A program made the translations under genes and the position numbers. The notes beneath the pieces are model-generated. The model was not told the origin of the DNA. It saw only the letters and a list, made by a program, of their open reading frames with translations, and did not search any database. From Naegleria gruberi (taxonomy: Eukaryota): a DNA stretch of 64,000 nucleotides. Below, one piece after another: positions 40,926-52,072 of this stretch. The stretch's first letter is position 1. Every line of letters starts with the position of its first letter. Location of the stretch: NCBI GenBank assembly GCA_000004985.1, contig GG738859.1. The stretch is one strand, 5' to 3'.

Positions 40926-42524
40926 ATGCACACAGACATTCTGCGAGAGATTTTCATTCATTACATTGGTGATAGCATCTCTGTTTTGCATAATACGAAT
41001 CAATTCATGCTCGTTTGCAAGGATTGGTATGAAGCTACACAATCGGGAAATTTTTGGTCAATCCTGTTGAAAAAGATGATTAAAGAAGAGAAGGAAAATG
41101 TGTTGAAACAACAAGAACATAAAGAAGCAGCACTATTTACATATAGATGTCGCTTTGGAAGGCCAAAGAGATGTTGTTTAAACCATCATCCTAAGAATTA
41201 TTTAAAGTACTTGGAGAGATTGGAGAAAATTCAAGTCAACCAAGAAATTATATACAAGACAATGACAAGAAAATTATTTGAAAAGAGAAAATGGTTTGCC
41301 ATTCAAACCAAGATTGAGAATTTATTAATCCTTAAAGATAGAATTAATGATGATGAGGTGGAAGCTTGGAAAAATATTGTAAATTATATGGAAACGAAAC
41401 CATTTGGTAAAACACCAAAAGAAATTTGCCAATTCAAAATTTACGACAGAACTTTGCTTCAATATTTGTGCATGCATTTTTTTGGATATGATGAACAGAA
41501 ACAACATTTGTTTGACACTCTTGTTGAAAAGTATGAAGCAAACGTTTTGCCATGTTTGCAATATACATATTTTTCACGTGACTTCATTCAAAAGAACTAT
41601 ATTTTGGCTGATATTGAAAAAAGCAAAGGAAAAAGTGTGCCATTTGATATTTTAATCCATGCATTTAACAAGAATTTTTTCTCTAAGGAAAATCTTGATC
41701 AATTAGTTATTTTATTGAAAAAGTATAGACAGAGAGATTTCAGACCTTTATTTATGAAAAGGATATTGCCTCGTCTTTTGGGTGAAATATCTGAAACCTA
41801 CGTTGATTTTGCTAAAAAATTGAACTATCTCATAACCAAATTGAAAGTTTATTTATTGGATAATTTTTCTAGAGACGACATATCTAAGTGTGTGAGTGAT
41901 ATGTTTATAAACAGCAATCACCTTCGTTATTTTAATGATGATTCTCCAAACATTGATAAGGAAATTTATGAGCTTGTAAAAATGGGTTATGGACAGTATT
42001 TGAATTTACTACCTATTCCACTAGTATCATCATCAGATGATACACTCAATCTACTCAAACTTGTTGTTGAGCAGGGTATAGATCTAAAACAATATCCATA
42101 TATAATTCATGAAACATTGATGAGCAAAAGCTATAAAAAAATACCAACCTTGAAATATTTGATTGAGGAGAGGAATATCAAATATATTAGACCACCTAAA
42201 CATGAAAATGACATTCTAAATAGATTTATCTGCCCTTCAGAAGAATATTTGGAAAACATTGAATATCTCTCCTCAAAATTAGGTCTACGATTGACCTGTA
42301 TTGATTCATTTGTTCACTCTCTGAATTCAGATGTTAGGTTTGCCACATTGCAGAAAATAGTTGATCATGTAACTGAGAAATTTAAAATTGATGTTGTTTC
42401 AAATTGCCTCTCAAGAGTTTATTATAGTTGGCAGAATATAGCAGCACGCGAAGATGCTAATTTAGAAACTCAAAAGAAAGTATTGAGATATTTGGAAGCT
42501 AAGTTTCCCAATGCAATAATTTAA
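40926..42524 (+). CDS. F-box protein (532 aa)
   Basis: N-terminal ILREIFIHYIGDSISVLHNTNQFMLVCKDWYEATQSGNFWSILL (F-box-like). The rest is alpha-helical with no other recognised domain. Confidence 0.6.
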   Translation: MHTDILREIFIHYIGDSISVLHNTNQFMLVCKDWYEATQSGNFWSILLKKMIKEEKENVLKQQEHKEAALFTYRCRFGRPKRCCLNHHPKNYLKYLERLEKIQVNQEIIYKTMTRKLFEKRKWFAIQTKIENLLILKDRINDDEVEAWKNIVNYMETKPFGKTPKEICQFKIYDRTLLQYLCMHFFGYDEQKQHLFDTLVEKYEANVLPCLQYTYFSRDFIQKNYILADIEKSKGKSVPFDILIHAFNKNFFSKENLDQLVILLKKYRQRDFRPLFMKRILPRLLGEISETYVDFAKKLNYLITKLKVYLLDNFSRDDISKCVSDMFINSNHLRYFNDDSPNIDKEIYELVKMGYGQYLNLLPIPLVSSSDDTLNLLKLVVEQGIDLKQYPYIIHETLMSKSYKKIPTLKYLIEERNIKYIRPPKHENDILNRFICPSEEYLENIEYLSSKLGLRLTCIDSFVHSLNSDVRFATLQKIVDHVTEKFKIDVVSNCLSRVYYSWQNIAAREDANLETQKKVLRYLEAKFPNAII

Positions 42525-42579
42525 ATAAATGTAATAGTGGATATTTTCACACTAAGGCTGCAACATATCCTTAATATGT

Positions 42580-42652
42580 TCCCCCTTAGCTCAGTCGGCA
42601 GAGCGTCAGACTGTTAATCTGCAGGTCGGTGGTTCGAGCCCACCAGGGGGAG
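42580..42652 (+). tRNA. tRNA-Asn (anticodon GTT), copy 2
   Basis: Identical to the copy at 17598..17670 except for one D-loop base (GGCAG vs GGTAG). Followed by a T-run. Confidence 0.85.
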
Positions 42653-42910
42653 AATGTTTTTTATATTGACATCATCCCAACGGTTTTAACAAAAGAAAGT
42701 AAAGTTATTGTTTAGGGATTCTATTAGGACAGTTCAAATGTGTTTGAATCCTTTCAAATTCTTCAATTCCTCACATACCCGGCTATTTTCCTGAAATTGT
42801 TTTTGTCTTGAATTAATACTATCGAATTGCATGTCAGATAAAAGGAGCATACAAAGCAGAATAGAAAGGAAAGAAGTAATCCATAATGTGGAGCAATAAA
42901 TGTCTGACAT

Positions 42911-45412
42911 TTATTCATATATTTCTCCCATGATGAGAGTGATAAGAGCAGACCAACCAGTGAAAGGATGAGCTCCTTGCCCCTTCCCGGTTTGAGCATT
43001 ATATTGTTCGTAGAGGGTTCTAGATCTTCTCCATTCGTTATATAATGTTTGAATAATGTTGGTTCTGAGAGCATTATAAACTTCACCACATCTTGCTGAT
43101 TTCTGCTTACAATTGTGAAGAGCTCTCAAAGTCAAATAATTCAAATTAATCCAAATAGGGCCTCTCCAGTAATTTTCCTTAGTTCCAAACATTGGGTCAG
43201 TTTGACTCAAAGATGTCAAACCGTGCACGGTCCATAATTTATCTCTAATGATAGTGTCCAAGGCATGTTGAAGAAGTTTTGGTTCTTGTTCAAAGTCAGG
43301 AACATCAAAGAGGAATGGGAAAAGTGAAATATAACCAATGTGAGGTGAAAATTCTGGTCTAGTATCATTGCCAACAGGTTTACCAGCATAGTCACTAAAC
43401 CATTCAATATTCTTATTGTAATGTTGAGTCTTGATATTGGATTTCAAAGTCTTGAGTCTTTCAACTAATACTGGATCGTCCTTCTTGAAAATAATATTAT
43501 TAATCTTGTTCATTGTGTCTGTCATCATGTAAATCCAGCAATACAAATCCAAGTGACGTTCGTCATCACTAGGTTCAACATTACCTCTTGGATAATCATC
43601 AAGACCAGAAGAAAGTGTATGACCAGGAGTTCTACCTCTCCATCTGTATGAGTTTGGAATCTTTCCTTTTTGTGTGGACAAATACCATTCATAATTCTTC
43701 TTCATGTTAGGATAGACTTGATTGAGGAAAGAAACCATAGCTTCTGATTCAGACAATGATGCTACTCTTTGTGTGGCATCCAAATCTAGTTCAATTTGAT
43801 GATTTCTAGCATGATTCTTCAATAACTCCAAAACAGCAAGGAAGAGCATTGGAGGATTGGCGTGAGTATCGTGTTGGACTTGGAATTGTTCTGGAACTCT
43901 TGTTCTGGCTTCTGCTCCAAGAATTTGTTCTCTTGGAATCCATCCAGTACTCTTATCCATAACATTGAACCAATTGTTAATAATATCCTTTGCAATTTGC
44001 TTATTCCACTTTTGAATAAGAAGAGAGTGGAAACCTTCATCCCACAAGAATCCACGAGGGAAGAATGATCTACATGGACAGGCAGTAAACAAGGCATATG
44101 GCTCAATGGTTCTAATTTCTTGAAGATTTCCCTTTTGATGATAAGAATCACCATAATAATATCCAATACCTCCCACAAGATTAGAAAGAGCATACATGGT
44201 CATTTCTTTTTCATCTTCTTTCAAGTTCTTTTCCTTAAGGTTGAAAGTTTCTTGGAACTTTTGTTCAAAGCATGTCTTGAGTTGCTTAATATTGTTATCA
44301 AAGTTGTCGATATGATCTGAACCATGTTGCTTAATTTGGAAGTTGGAGAAAATATCTGGATGTTGCTCATGTGAAAGGAATGCAACATTCAAATCAAATG
44401 GTGCATAGAAAAATTTTTGAATAACAAGGATATTGCTGTCTTCCTCAATAAAGTTTGGCAAAGTGGCAATTGGGATTGGATAGTCTTTTTGTTCTGGCAA
44501 TCCTTTTTGTCTTCTTTCTTGTTGATCTTCAATCATTTGTTGGAAGGATTTTTTCATTTGAGAAGAGAACATTTCCTTAACTTCATCTCCAATTTTCCAC
44601 ACATCACTTGGAGTTCTCTTCACACCATAGAAATAAAAGTTTGCATGTTCATCAACTTGAGATTTTTCATTAGAGGTAAAGTACATGGAAAAATCTCCAA
44701 TGTCACCACTGTTTCCTCTAATAATTACTGGAAGATTGGATGGAAGACCTTGCTTCTTTGAACCTTGGATTCCAGAAATTCTAAATGATCCTTCTCCATC
44801 ATTTTCAAGAGCAATATAGAAACAAACAGACATGGCTTGCTTGGTTTTCATTTGTTTCAATTCCTTTCCAATAAGTCTAACAGTCCAATCACCCCCCTTT
44901 TCATTAACAGAAGGAACAAATGTATTTTCCGAAACATGTTTCATCATTCTAGTTTCGATTTGAAGAGAATTTTCGTGATCTTTGATTGTTTGCATGGCAA
45001 AGTTTTGTCCATCATGTCTATTCCACCCATAGACTACATTATTAAAATCCATATTACTATTGTGTCTCATCTTGTTAACTCCATCCCAAGTATCTGCTCT
45101 GTTCCACATTAATCCTGTAATAACAGACTTTGGATTTCTAGTTTTCATTCCGAATATTACTTGTGGTCGATAGGTTCCCCACTTCATTGTGTGATTGTAG
45201 AGAGTGGTTTGAAAGACTGGATCCGATCGGTGAATACAATTATTAGTTTCCAATTCATTTCCCATGACAATTTGAGAAGTTATCATCAATGTGCTAATAA
45301 AACACAATAACAAAAGTGAATAAAAGAATCTACTCATAGGTGGTGAAGATGACACTGAACACGTGTTAAGCTGGTGGTGATTTGCTGTGCCAAGTATCAT
45401 CCGTGTGGTCAT
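42911..45412 (-). CDS. MOGS: Mannosyl-oligosaccharide glucosidase (glucosidase I, glycoside hydrolase family 63), type II membrane protein
   Basis: 833 aa. N-terminal signal-anchor SRFFYSLLLLCFISTLMITS. The GH63 hallmark ALFTACPCRSFFPRGFLWDEGFHSLLIQKWN and a collinear C-terminal (alpha/alpha)6 region. Confidence 0.85.
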   Translation of the reverse strand: MTTRMILGTANHHQLNTCSVSSSPPMSRFFYSLLLLCFISTLMITSQIVMGNELETNNCIHRSDPVFQTTLYNHTMKWGTYRPQVIFGMKTRNPKSVITGLMWNRADTWDGVNKMRHNSNMDFNNVVYGWNRHDGQNFAMQTIKDHENSLQIETRMMKHVSENTFVPSVNEKGGDWTVRLIGKELKQMKTKQAMSVCFYIALENDGEGSFRISGIQGSKKQGLPSNLPVIIRGNSGDIGDFSMYFTSNEKSQVDEHANFYFYGVKRTPSDVWKIGDEVKEMFSSQMKKSFQQMIEDQQERRQKGLPEQKDYPIPIATLPNFIEEDSNILVIQKFFYAPFDLNVAFLSHEQHPDIFSNFQIKQHGSDHIDNFDNNIKQLKTCFEQKFQETFNLKEKNLKEDEKEMTMYALSNLVGGIGYYYGDSYHQKGNLQEIRTIEPYALFTACPCRSFFPRGFLWDEGFHSLLIQKWNKQIAKDIINNWFNVMDKSTGWIPREQILGAEARTRVPEQFQVQHDTHANPPMLFLAVLELLKNHARNHQIELDLDATQRVASLSESEAMVSFLNQVYPNMKKNYEWYLSTQKGKIPNSYRWRGRTPGHTLSSGLDDYPRGNVEPSDDERHLDLYCWIYMMTDTMNKINNIIFKKDDPVLVERLKTLKSNIKTQHYNKNIEWFSDYAGKPVGNDTRPEFSPHIGYISLFPFLFDVPDFEQEPKLLQHALDTIIRDKLWTVHGLTSLSQTDPMFGTKENYWRGPIWINLNYLTLRALHNCKQKSARCGEVYNALRTNIIQTLYNEWRRSRTLYEQYNAQTGKGQGAHPFTGWSALITLIMGEIYE

Positions 45413-45590
45413 TTTTTATTCTTTTGTTACTAGAACCTCTCAAAGCTTTAATAATTCATACTAGTAGTAATGAATAATTTGTTTTATTATCTGTTCTTTG
45501 AATAGTTGATGAATAAATATTCATTGAATACTAATGGGATGAAGACTTGATTGTTGTATGATGATAAGAAAGAATAATAAAAAATTAAAA

Positions 45591-46177
45591 ATGGATCCAC
45601 AACTCTTGAACGCCATTCAAAAAATCAACGCCCAACAAGAAGAAGTCAACAAACTCACTGCTGGTATGTGTTTAAATGTGAAGATTGTTCGGATATATAT
45701 TGTTTTTAATATTGGATTTTATTGGATTTTTAATGGTGATGGAATGATGATACATTTTGTATTACTTTTATTGGTTGGATAAATTTGATGAATGATGTGA
45801 TGATCATGACAATTTAATTATGGATGGAACGGAACAACATTGTAGAGGTTCAAGTAATTTTGGCCAAACAACAATCTCTCTTGGCTCAAAAGAACGAAAA
45901 TGATACTGTCAAGTTAGAATTTGATCTCATCGATGAAACATCAGATGAAGTTGAAGTTTATAAACTCATTGGACCTGTCCTCATCAAACAAGATGCTGCC
46001 GAAGCTAAATCAAACGTTGAAAAACGATTGGAATTTATCAAGAAGGAAGTGGAAAATGCTGATAAAAAGATTGAAGAATCATTAAAAAAGAAGGAAAGTC
46101 TTGAAAAGAGTATGGTTGAAATCTCACAATGGGTACAACAAAGAGTTGCACAAATCCAACAACTCCAAAAGAAATAA
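45591..46177 (+). CDS. PFDN1: Prefoldin subunit 1-like (beta-type prefoldin). Exons 45591..45663 and 45846..46177, 182-nt intron at 45664..45845.
   Basis: Exon 1 MDPQLLNAIQKINAQQEEVNKLTA ends in phase 1 at a GTATGT donor. The TGTAG acceptor restores ...LTAEVQVILAKQQSLLAQKNEND...YKLIGPVLIKQDAAEAKSNVEKRLEFIKKEVE (beta-hairpin flanked by coiled coils, like human PFDN1). The intron is the longest in the window and contains a short tandem repeat (ATTGGATTTT x2). Confidence 0.55.
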
Positions 46178-46360
46178 ACACTTATTTATTATCAAATAAC
46201 CGTAAATATTAATAATTTGATAATTAAAACTCATTTATTAATAATCAAGATGAAATACATGTGAAGTCAATTTATTGCTTAATTGACCAACTAAATAATA
46301 ATGTAAAATAATAGAGTCGAGAAATAATAATTTTGTTTTCTTATTTCCTCACCAAATAAA

Positions 46361-47011
46361 ATGAACAACAAATCATCAACAGAAACCCAACAAAGAGTTG
46401 TGCCAGGACAAAGAATCGGGCAAACCGATACTTATCAATCAGGACGAGGAACATACGTGAAGGATAATCGGATACATGCTAGTGTTGTAGGAAGTGTTAA
46501 AATTTCTAATCATGCTGATATTGATGAATCTACACCATCATCATCAAATAATTCATCATCAACTTCGGAGGTTGCTTCTCTTCCATATATTCATGTTATT
46601 CAAGAAAATAATCAAGAAACTATTGTACCAAATATTCTATCAGTTGTTACAGCTAAAGTTATCAAGACAACAAAATCATTTGCTAAAGTTGACATTTTGT
46701 GTGTGGATGGCAAACCTGTTACTAAATCAGGATCAGCAATTAGTGGACTTTTAAGAGTTCAAGATATTAGAGCAACAGAAATTGACAAGGTTGTTCTGTA
46801 TGAATGTCTCAGACCAGGTGATATCATTCTTGCAGAAGTCATTTCATTAGGTGATTCGAGAAGTTACTACATTTCAACAGCTAGAAATGAATTAGGAGTT
46901 ATTTATGCAACATCAAGTTTTGGATATCCAATGATTCCTCTCGATTGGACAACTATGGTTTGCACAAAGACAAATGCTAGAGAATTAAGAAAGGTTGCCA
47001 AAGTTTTGTAA
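46361..47011 (+). CDS. CSL4: Exosome complex component CSL4
   Basis: 216 aa. VVPGQRIGQ...SGRGTYV...IHASVVG, then the S1/Zn-ribbon region PNILSVVTAKVIKTTKSFAKVDILCVDGKP...IRATEIDKVVLYECLRPGDIILAEVISLGDSRSYYISTARNELGVIYA...ELRKVAKV is collinear with human EXOSC1. Confidence 0.75.
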   Translation: MNNKSSTETQQRVVPGQRIGQTDTYQSGRGTYVKDNRIHASVVGSVKISNHADIDESTPSSSNNSSSTSEVASLPYIHVIQENNQETIVPNILSVVTAKVIKTTKSFAKVDILCVDGKPVTKSGSAISGLLRVQDIRATEIDKVVLYECLRPGDIILAEVISLGDSRSYYISTARNELGVIYATSSFGYPMIPLDWTTMVCTKTNARELRKVAKVL

Positions 47012-47136
47012 TAAATTAAAGAATTTATGAAATCATTTTCGAACTGGAATAAACCAAGTTGACTGATGTAATCTTACAAATGGCAGAAAATGAGAAAAAT
47101 TCGTGCTTGCTCGTCGGCCAATTAAAGAAAACTAAA

Positions 47137-48270
47137 TTATTTTTCTTCATTCAAGAGATTTGCAGTATCTGAAAGATTTTCATCATTCTGAAAGTAATCT
47201 TGCATTTCTAATAGTGAGAAGAAGGCATCTTGATTAGCACTAATTGAAATAAAAGTATTCGAATCGAGTGATTCCTTTGAACCCCACTTGTTCTTACTTT
47301 CAATTACTTCCACTCTTTTGAACTGACAAATGGAAGTTTTTATGGCTACTGCACCTGCCAAGACATCATGGAACTTTTTTCCTTCAGCATTCTTTTCTAA
47401 ATATTTGGCCATTCCTCTATAAATAATTCTCAATCCTATTAAAGCTAAAACTTGACTTGGTGTCTTGTTTTTCAAATTCGAATACTTTTCAATTTGAGAT
47501 TCCAAACTTGTGTGTCTTTTTGGTCCATATATCACACCGTGACAAACATTCTTCGAAACCAGTATTCTCCTATCAATCCATTTCGAATTCAGCACCATCT
47601 TGGCTGCTGGAACATTTCCTCCAAAATTATATGTTGAAACCATCTCTTCATTCTTGAATTTCTTCAATCTGAAAGGTTCTGGTACAACATTTGGACCAGC
47701 ATATCCCCCCTGAATGACACACAATCCAATCCTCTTTTCCTCCTCATTGAATTCATCTTGATTATTCTTAATAAATGTTCCAAGATTACTGAGAGGAGCT
47801 CCTGTAACGAATAGCAACTTAGTTCCATGCACTCTCCAACATTCACTCATCAAATCATATCCCAAACCGTCACCAATCGATTCTTCCTCCTCCATGAATT
47901 TAACATAGTTAGGATAGAGTTTAGCTAAAAATCCCGAAAGACAATCCTTCTTATGATGAGGATTAAAAGCACCCACTTTAATCTTGCTCAATCTTTCAAT
48001 AATTGAATTCATATCAAGACCACTTTCCAAATCTGCCTCTTGTTTCTTGCACTCGACTACTAATTCAGATAAAAAACATTTTACAAAGGCAATTTGACTT
48101 TTCGAACCAGGAGCAATTGTTATACATTGAATATCAATCTCGGGATGGCACACTAAAAAGACCATATTGAAGAAATCATCAGGATCACCTGTTTCCATAT
48201 CAATAATGCATGGAATCATTTTTTTTGTGTATGAACTCTTGAAAATAGATTCAATTTTGAAATCAACCAT
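47137..48270 (-). CDS. Inosine-uridine-preferring nucleoside hydrolase family protein
   Basis: 377 aa. N-terminal Asp-cluster IIDMETGDPDDFFNMVF (the DxDxxxDD calcium-binding motif of IU-NH), VTGAPLSNLG, and the C-terminal half consistent with the fold. Confidence 0.7.
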   Translation of the reverse strand: MVDFKIESIFKSSYTKKMIPCIIDMETGDPDDFFNMVFLVCHPEIDIQCITIAPGSKSQIAFVKCFLSELVVECKKQEADLESGLDMNSIIERLSKIKVGAFNPHHKKDCLSGFLAKLYPNYVKFMEEEESIGDGLGYDLMSECWRVHGTKLLFVTGAPLSNLGTFIKNNQDEFNEEEKRIGLCVIQGGYAGPNVVPEPFRLKKFKNEEMVSTYNFGGNVPAAKMVLNSKWIDRRILVSKNVCHGVIYGPKRHTSLESQIEKYSNLKNKTPSQVLALIGLRIIYRGMAKYLEKNAEGKKFHDVLAGAVAIKTSICQFKRVEVIESKNKWGSKESLDSNTFISISANQDAFFSLLEMQDYFQNDENLSDTANLLNEEK

Positions 48271-48322
48271 GTTTTATTATTAGTATTTCAGAAGATTCGA
48301 ATTTCAATAAGAGATAATTCCA

Positions 48323-50116
48323 TTACCGTTCTTTGTGAGGATTCTGTTGTACATAGCTTTCAAATAATTGTAAAATATCATCCTTATACTGATAATCAAC
48401 ATGAACGTTAATATAGTCAAGAGCTGATACTCCATGAATTTGTGTATGAACATTTGGTTTTCTAGCCAATAACTTTGTCAAAACCCTCATTAACTTTTCC
48501 TTGTTTTGAATGGTGTCATAAACCACAGCACTTATAATTCTTTGGAGTGGACTCGAACCAACAATATCTGACATTTGGTCATCAAATAATTCATCATCTA
48601 TTCTATCAATGAAATATTCTATGGTATCCAATAATTGTTCACCACTATCAAAAGATGCATTAAGGTATTGATAAATGAGAGGTATCTTATTGGGAATCTT
48701 GTTTGGTAATTTAAACCCCCTTACATCACAAAAATATTTTACAAAATCAAGGTTTCTACTAGTTGCAAACAGGTATATGATATCATCAGTAATCATACAC
48801 CTGTTTTGTGTCTTTTCGTAGAGCTCGAAAATATGAATAACATTTTCAACGGTAAGGTGATGTTTTCGAAATGAAACAAACGGATTTGGGCTCATGAAAA
48901 TGTCATCAAGATTATTTTGGCATTTCTCAATTAAATTCACTCCTTCTTTAGTGAACCTCCAATCTGAGACTGCCTTTTCAAATAATTCTAAAGAAAATTG
49001 TAATCTAAATGCATAGTTAGCATGTTCAATTAACGAGAAAGCAATCACATCTTCATCACATTTGAATGTAAAGCTGTTTTTCTTTTTCTCTTCTGATACA
49101 AAAGAAGGAAATAATTGATTAAAGCAGTTCAGGTAGTACATTATTTCATCAACAGGGTATGATTTGTCCAAAAAAACACTCATGACCTTCATTCCAAAGA
49201 TCAATATTTCCTTGTGATTTAGGTAGGGATTTGTAACTTGTTGTTCATTTTCTGCTTTTTTACAATCCTCCACCAGAAAATCCAAAATTCCTTTCACCAA
49301 TTCAAAATCCATAGTTTCAACAGCAACTTGTAAACAGTAGTAACCATTGATAGGATATTTAAATCTCTTTCCACTAGTAAGTATTCTAACTGGTTCAATA
49401 ATTTGTCTATTCAAATTCCAAAACTCTTTCACGGATTCTTCTATTGATGGGTTAATTTGCCGCACTAATTTGCATTTAATGAAAGAATAATCTTTCGAGA
49501 ATGAATCAGCAAATTTTCCTGAAAATCCTTTTTGTAATAAATATCTTTGATCCATATAAATCTCATCTCCACAGTCAGGTTTTAAATTATTCTCCACAAA
49601 TTCTATTAGATTATTCCACTTTTCAGTTATTGGCACAATAACTTCTGCTAAATTAGAATGAGAATTTGATTGTGGAGCTACTGTTCGATCCATTAAATTT
49701 GTCAATTTTTCAGTATTCCGCCCAAGCAAGAATGCCTTAACCTCCTTCTTGAAAATTGAATAAAATCTAAAGCCTGTAAAGAAATTTACATCCTCATATC
49801 CCTCCTCCGATTTACAAACTTTTTCTCTGTGATATAATTTTTCAGCTTCATCAACATGACTCCTTCTCAAATCATTTAATTTTTTAATTTTCCCCTTGGT
49901 TTTACTTTTCATCAGGGCTTTTGCATCATTTTCTAATTTCTCCTCTTCAAATTCTATCCGATCTTGTAAAAAGAATGAAAATCTCATTCTCCACAAAGCC
50001 TCATATCTAGCCACTCCGAGCCAATGTCTATTGAGCAGTAATAAATTAGCAACATCCCTCGTCTTGGAACACATTAGAAAAATACTGAAAATTAAATCCT
50101 CCTGCAATTCATTCAT
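48323..50116 (-). CDS. F-box protein (~597 aa from the first plausible ATG)
   Basis: The track ORF starts at an alternative TTG (50209). The ATG at 50116 (CGAAAAAAAATG context) gives MNELQEDLIFSIFLMCSKTRDVANLLLLNRHWLGVARYEALW (F-box-like) directly at the N-terminus. Confidence 0.55.
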   Translation of the reverse strand: MNELQEDLIFSIFLMCSKTRDVANLLLLNRHWLGVARYEALWRMRFSFFLQDRIEFEEEKLENDAKALMKSKTKGKIKKLNDLRRSHVDEAEKLYHREKVCKSEEGYEDVNFFTGFRFYSIFKKEVKAFLLGRNTEKLTNLMDRTVAPQSNSHSNLAEVIVPITEKWNNLIEFVENNLKPDCGDEIYMDQRYLLQKGFSGKFADSFSKDYSFIKCKLVRQINPSIEESVKEFWNLNRQIIEPVRILTSGKRFKYPINGYYCLQVAVETMDFELVKGILDFLVEDCKKAENEQQVTNPYLNHKEILIFGMKVMSVFLDKSYPVDEIMYYLNCFNQLFPSFVSEEKKKNSFTFKCDEDVIAFSLIEHANYAFRLQFSLELFEKAVSDWRFTKEGVNLIEKCQNNLDDIFMSPNPFVSFRKHHLTVENVIHIFELYEKTQNRCMITDDIIYLFATSRNLDFVKYFCDVRGFKLPNKIPNKIPLIYQYLNASFDSGEQLLDTIEYFIDRIDDELFDDQMSDIVGSSPLQRIISAVVYDTIQNKEKLMRVLTKLLARKPNVHTQIHGVSALDYINVHVDYQYKDDILQLFESYVQQNPHKER

Positions 50117-50404
50117 TTTTTTTCGATAATTATTACAAAATCGACTTGATGGAAATACTGAATATTGGATCATCCAATTTTCTAATAAGAAGATTAATCT
50201 TAATGACAAACTTTTATCAGAGTGTTCTCTAGGTACCTCATAAAGGCTTGACTAAATTTTCCATAACGGAACCTTAAAAGTACAAAAATGCGGCGATTGA
50301 CTTAACTTCGATCAAAAAGCTGAGTGTACGTAAAGAGAGGCTTAAAAAAGCTTTTTAAAATTAAAAAAAATTTGCAAACTCTAATTACTCCTATCCTATA
50401 CAAA

Positions 50405-51394
50405 ATGACTAAACCAACAATGAAGGTCCTCGTCACTGGTGCTGCAGGTCAAATCTGTTACTCTCTCATTGGTATGATTGCTAGTGGTCAAATGCTCGGT
50501 TTCGATCAACCAATCATTCTCCACTTGCTCGAAGTCCCAGTTGCCATGGACGCTTTGAAGGGTGTTTGTATGGAAATTACCGATTCTGCTTATCCATTGG
50601 TTAAGAAGGTTGTTGCTACCTCTGATTACCAAGAAGCTTTCACTGATATTGATGTTTGTATCATGGTTGGTGCTATGCCAAGAAAGGACGGTATGGAAAG
50701 AAAGGATTTGTTGGAAAAGAATGCTTCCATCTTCAAGGGACAAGGTGAAGCTTTGGAAAAGTATAGCAAGAAGTCTGTTAAAGTTCTCGTTGTTGGTAAT
50801 CCAGCCAACACTAACTGTCTTATTGCTAAGACTTATGCACCATCTATTCCAGCTGAAAACTTCTCTGCTCTCACTCGTTTGGATCATAACAGAGCTAAGG
50901 CTCAAGTTGCTGATCGTCTCGGTGTCAATGTTTCCGATGTTCACAATGTCACTATTTGGGGTAACCACTCTTCCACTCAATATCCAGATGTTTCTCACGG
51001 ATATGTCACAATTAATGGTGAAAAGAAGTCTATCACTGAAGCTGTCAATGATGATGCTTGGTTGAAGGGTGATTTCATTAGCACTGTTCAAAAGAGAGGT
51101 GCTGCTGTCATTGCTGCTAGAAAATTGTCTTCTGCCACATCTGCTGCTAAGGCTATTGTCGATCACGTCCATGATTGGGTTTTGGGTACTCCAGAAGGTG
51201 AATGGGTTTCTATGGCTATTCCATCCGATGGTTCTTACGGTATTCCAGAAGGTGTTATTTATTCATTCCCAGTTACTTGCAAGGATGGTGTTGTCACTAT
51301 TGTTCAAGGTTTGAAGATTGATGATTTCTCCAGAAACAAGATGGAAGTTACCGATAAGGAATTGAGAGAAGAAAAGCAATTGGCTTTGAACTAA
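50405..51394 (+). CDS. MDH1: Cytosolic-type malate dehydrogenase (NAD-dependent, MDH1 family)
   Basis: [20 protein letters not shown]...[16 protein letters not shown]...[13 protein letters not shown]...[14 protein letters not shown]...[13 protein letters not shown]... is about 60-65% identical by eye to animal cytosolic MDH. The track ORF starts upstream at an alternative codon; the real ATG is 50405. Confidence 0.9.
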   Translation: MTKPTMKVLVTGAAGQICYSLIGMIASGQMLGFDQPIILHLLEVPVAMDALKGVCMEITDSAYPLVKKVVATSDYQEAFTDIDVCIMVGAMPRKDGMERKDLLEKNASIFKGQGEALEKYSKKSVKVLVVGNPANTNCLIAKTYAPSIPAENFSALTRLDHNRAKAQVADRLGVNVSDVHNVTIWGNHSSTQYPDVSHGYVTINGEKKSITEAVNDDAWLKGDFISTVQKRGAAVIAARKLSSATSAAKAIVDHVHDWVLGTPEGEWVSMAIPSDGSYGIPEGVIYSFPVTCKDGVVTIVQGLKIDDFSRNKMEVTDKELREEKQLALN

Positions 51395-51597
51395 ATTGTG
51401 TATAAATATGTAAAATTTAAAATTGTACAAATAATTATTTAAATATTATTTATTTTCTCCACAAATCGAATGGATCCTTTTCAATTCCAATTTTAAAAGC
51501 AATTTCCAAAATTATTTGTTCTTGATGATAGACATGATGAATAATTAGCCACCAAATGTAAGTGTACCAAATTTGCTGACTATGTTTCTATGCCTAA

Positions 51598-51978
51598 TTA
51601 TTGTCCTCCAGGAGGAATTTGTGATGTTGCTCTTCCTGATGTTAATCCGAGAGTACCACGCAAAGCTTCTCTCTTCAAACGTTCCTTCTTGATATTCTTA
51701 ATTTCATCAATTGTCAAATCTGGAGCACTTTCATTTGTTGTTGGAATATCAGCCTCTAACATATCATCATTTGACATTAATTTATTTTCCACTCTACATT
51801 TCAAATATTCGGAGGCTTCCTTTCTACATTTTGATGCAAAATTTTGATTATCTTGAAGACATTTATAATAAAGCTCTACAGCTTGGTCACATTCATGAAG
51901 ATGATCCAATGGAAATGATCCTCTCTTTGGACCAGGACCAACTCGTACTTCCTTTGCTTGTTGAGTTCCTCTATTCAT
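51598..51978 (-). CDS. COX19: COX19 (twin Cx9C cytochrome-c-oxidase assembly protein)
   Basis: 126 aa. PKRGSFPLDHLHECDQAVELYYKCLQDNQNFASKCRKEASEYLKCRVENKLM has two C-x9-C pairs and the RGSFPLDH..EC motif of COX19. Confidence 0.7.
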   Translation of the reverse strand: MNRGTQQAKEVRVGPGPKRGSFPLDHLHECDQAVELYYKCLQDNQNFASKCRKEASEYLKCRVENKLMSNDDMLEADIPTTNESAPDLTIDEIKNIKKERLKREALRGTLGLTSGRATSQIPPGGQ

Positions 51979-52072
51979 TTTTTATTTAAATAATTAATAA
52001 TTTGTACCCAGAAATGGAAAGTGCACAACAATTTACATTGAAAATTAATCTTTATTGATGTTATTGAAACAC

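Noticed and set aside
42763-43089. 108-aa minus-strand ORF overlapping the 3' end of the glucosidase I gene in another frame
   Set aside because: It overlaps the conserved GH63 C-terminus out of frame and extends into the tRNA-Asn spacer. No coding signature.
50396-51172. 258-aa minus-strand ORF
   Set aside because: Fully antisense to the highly conserved cytosolic MDH gene; open only because of MDH codon bias.
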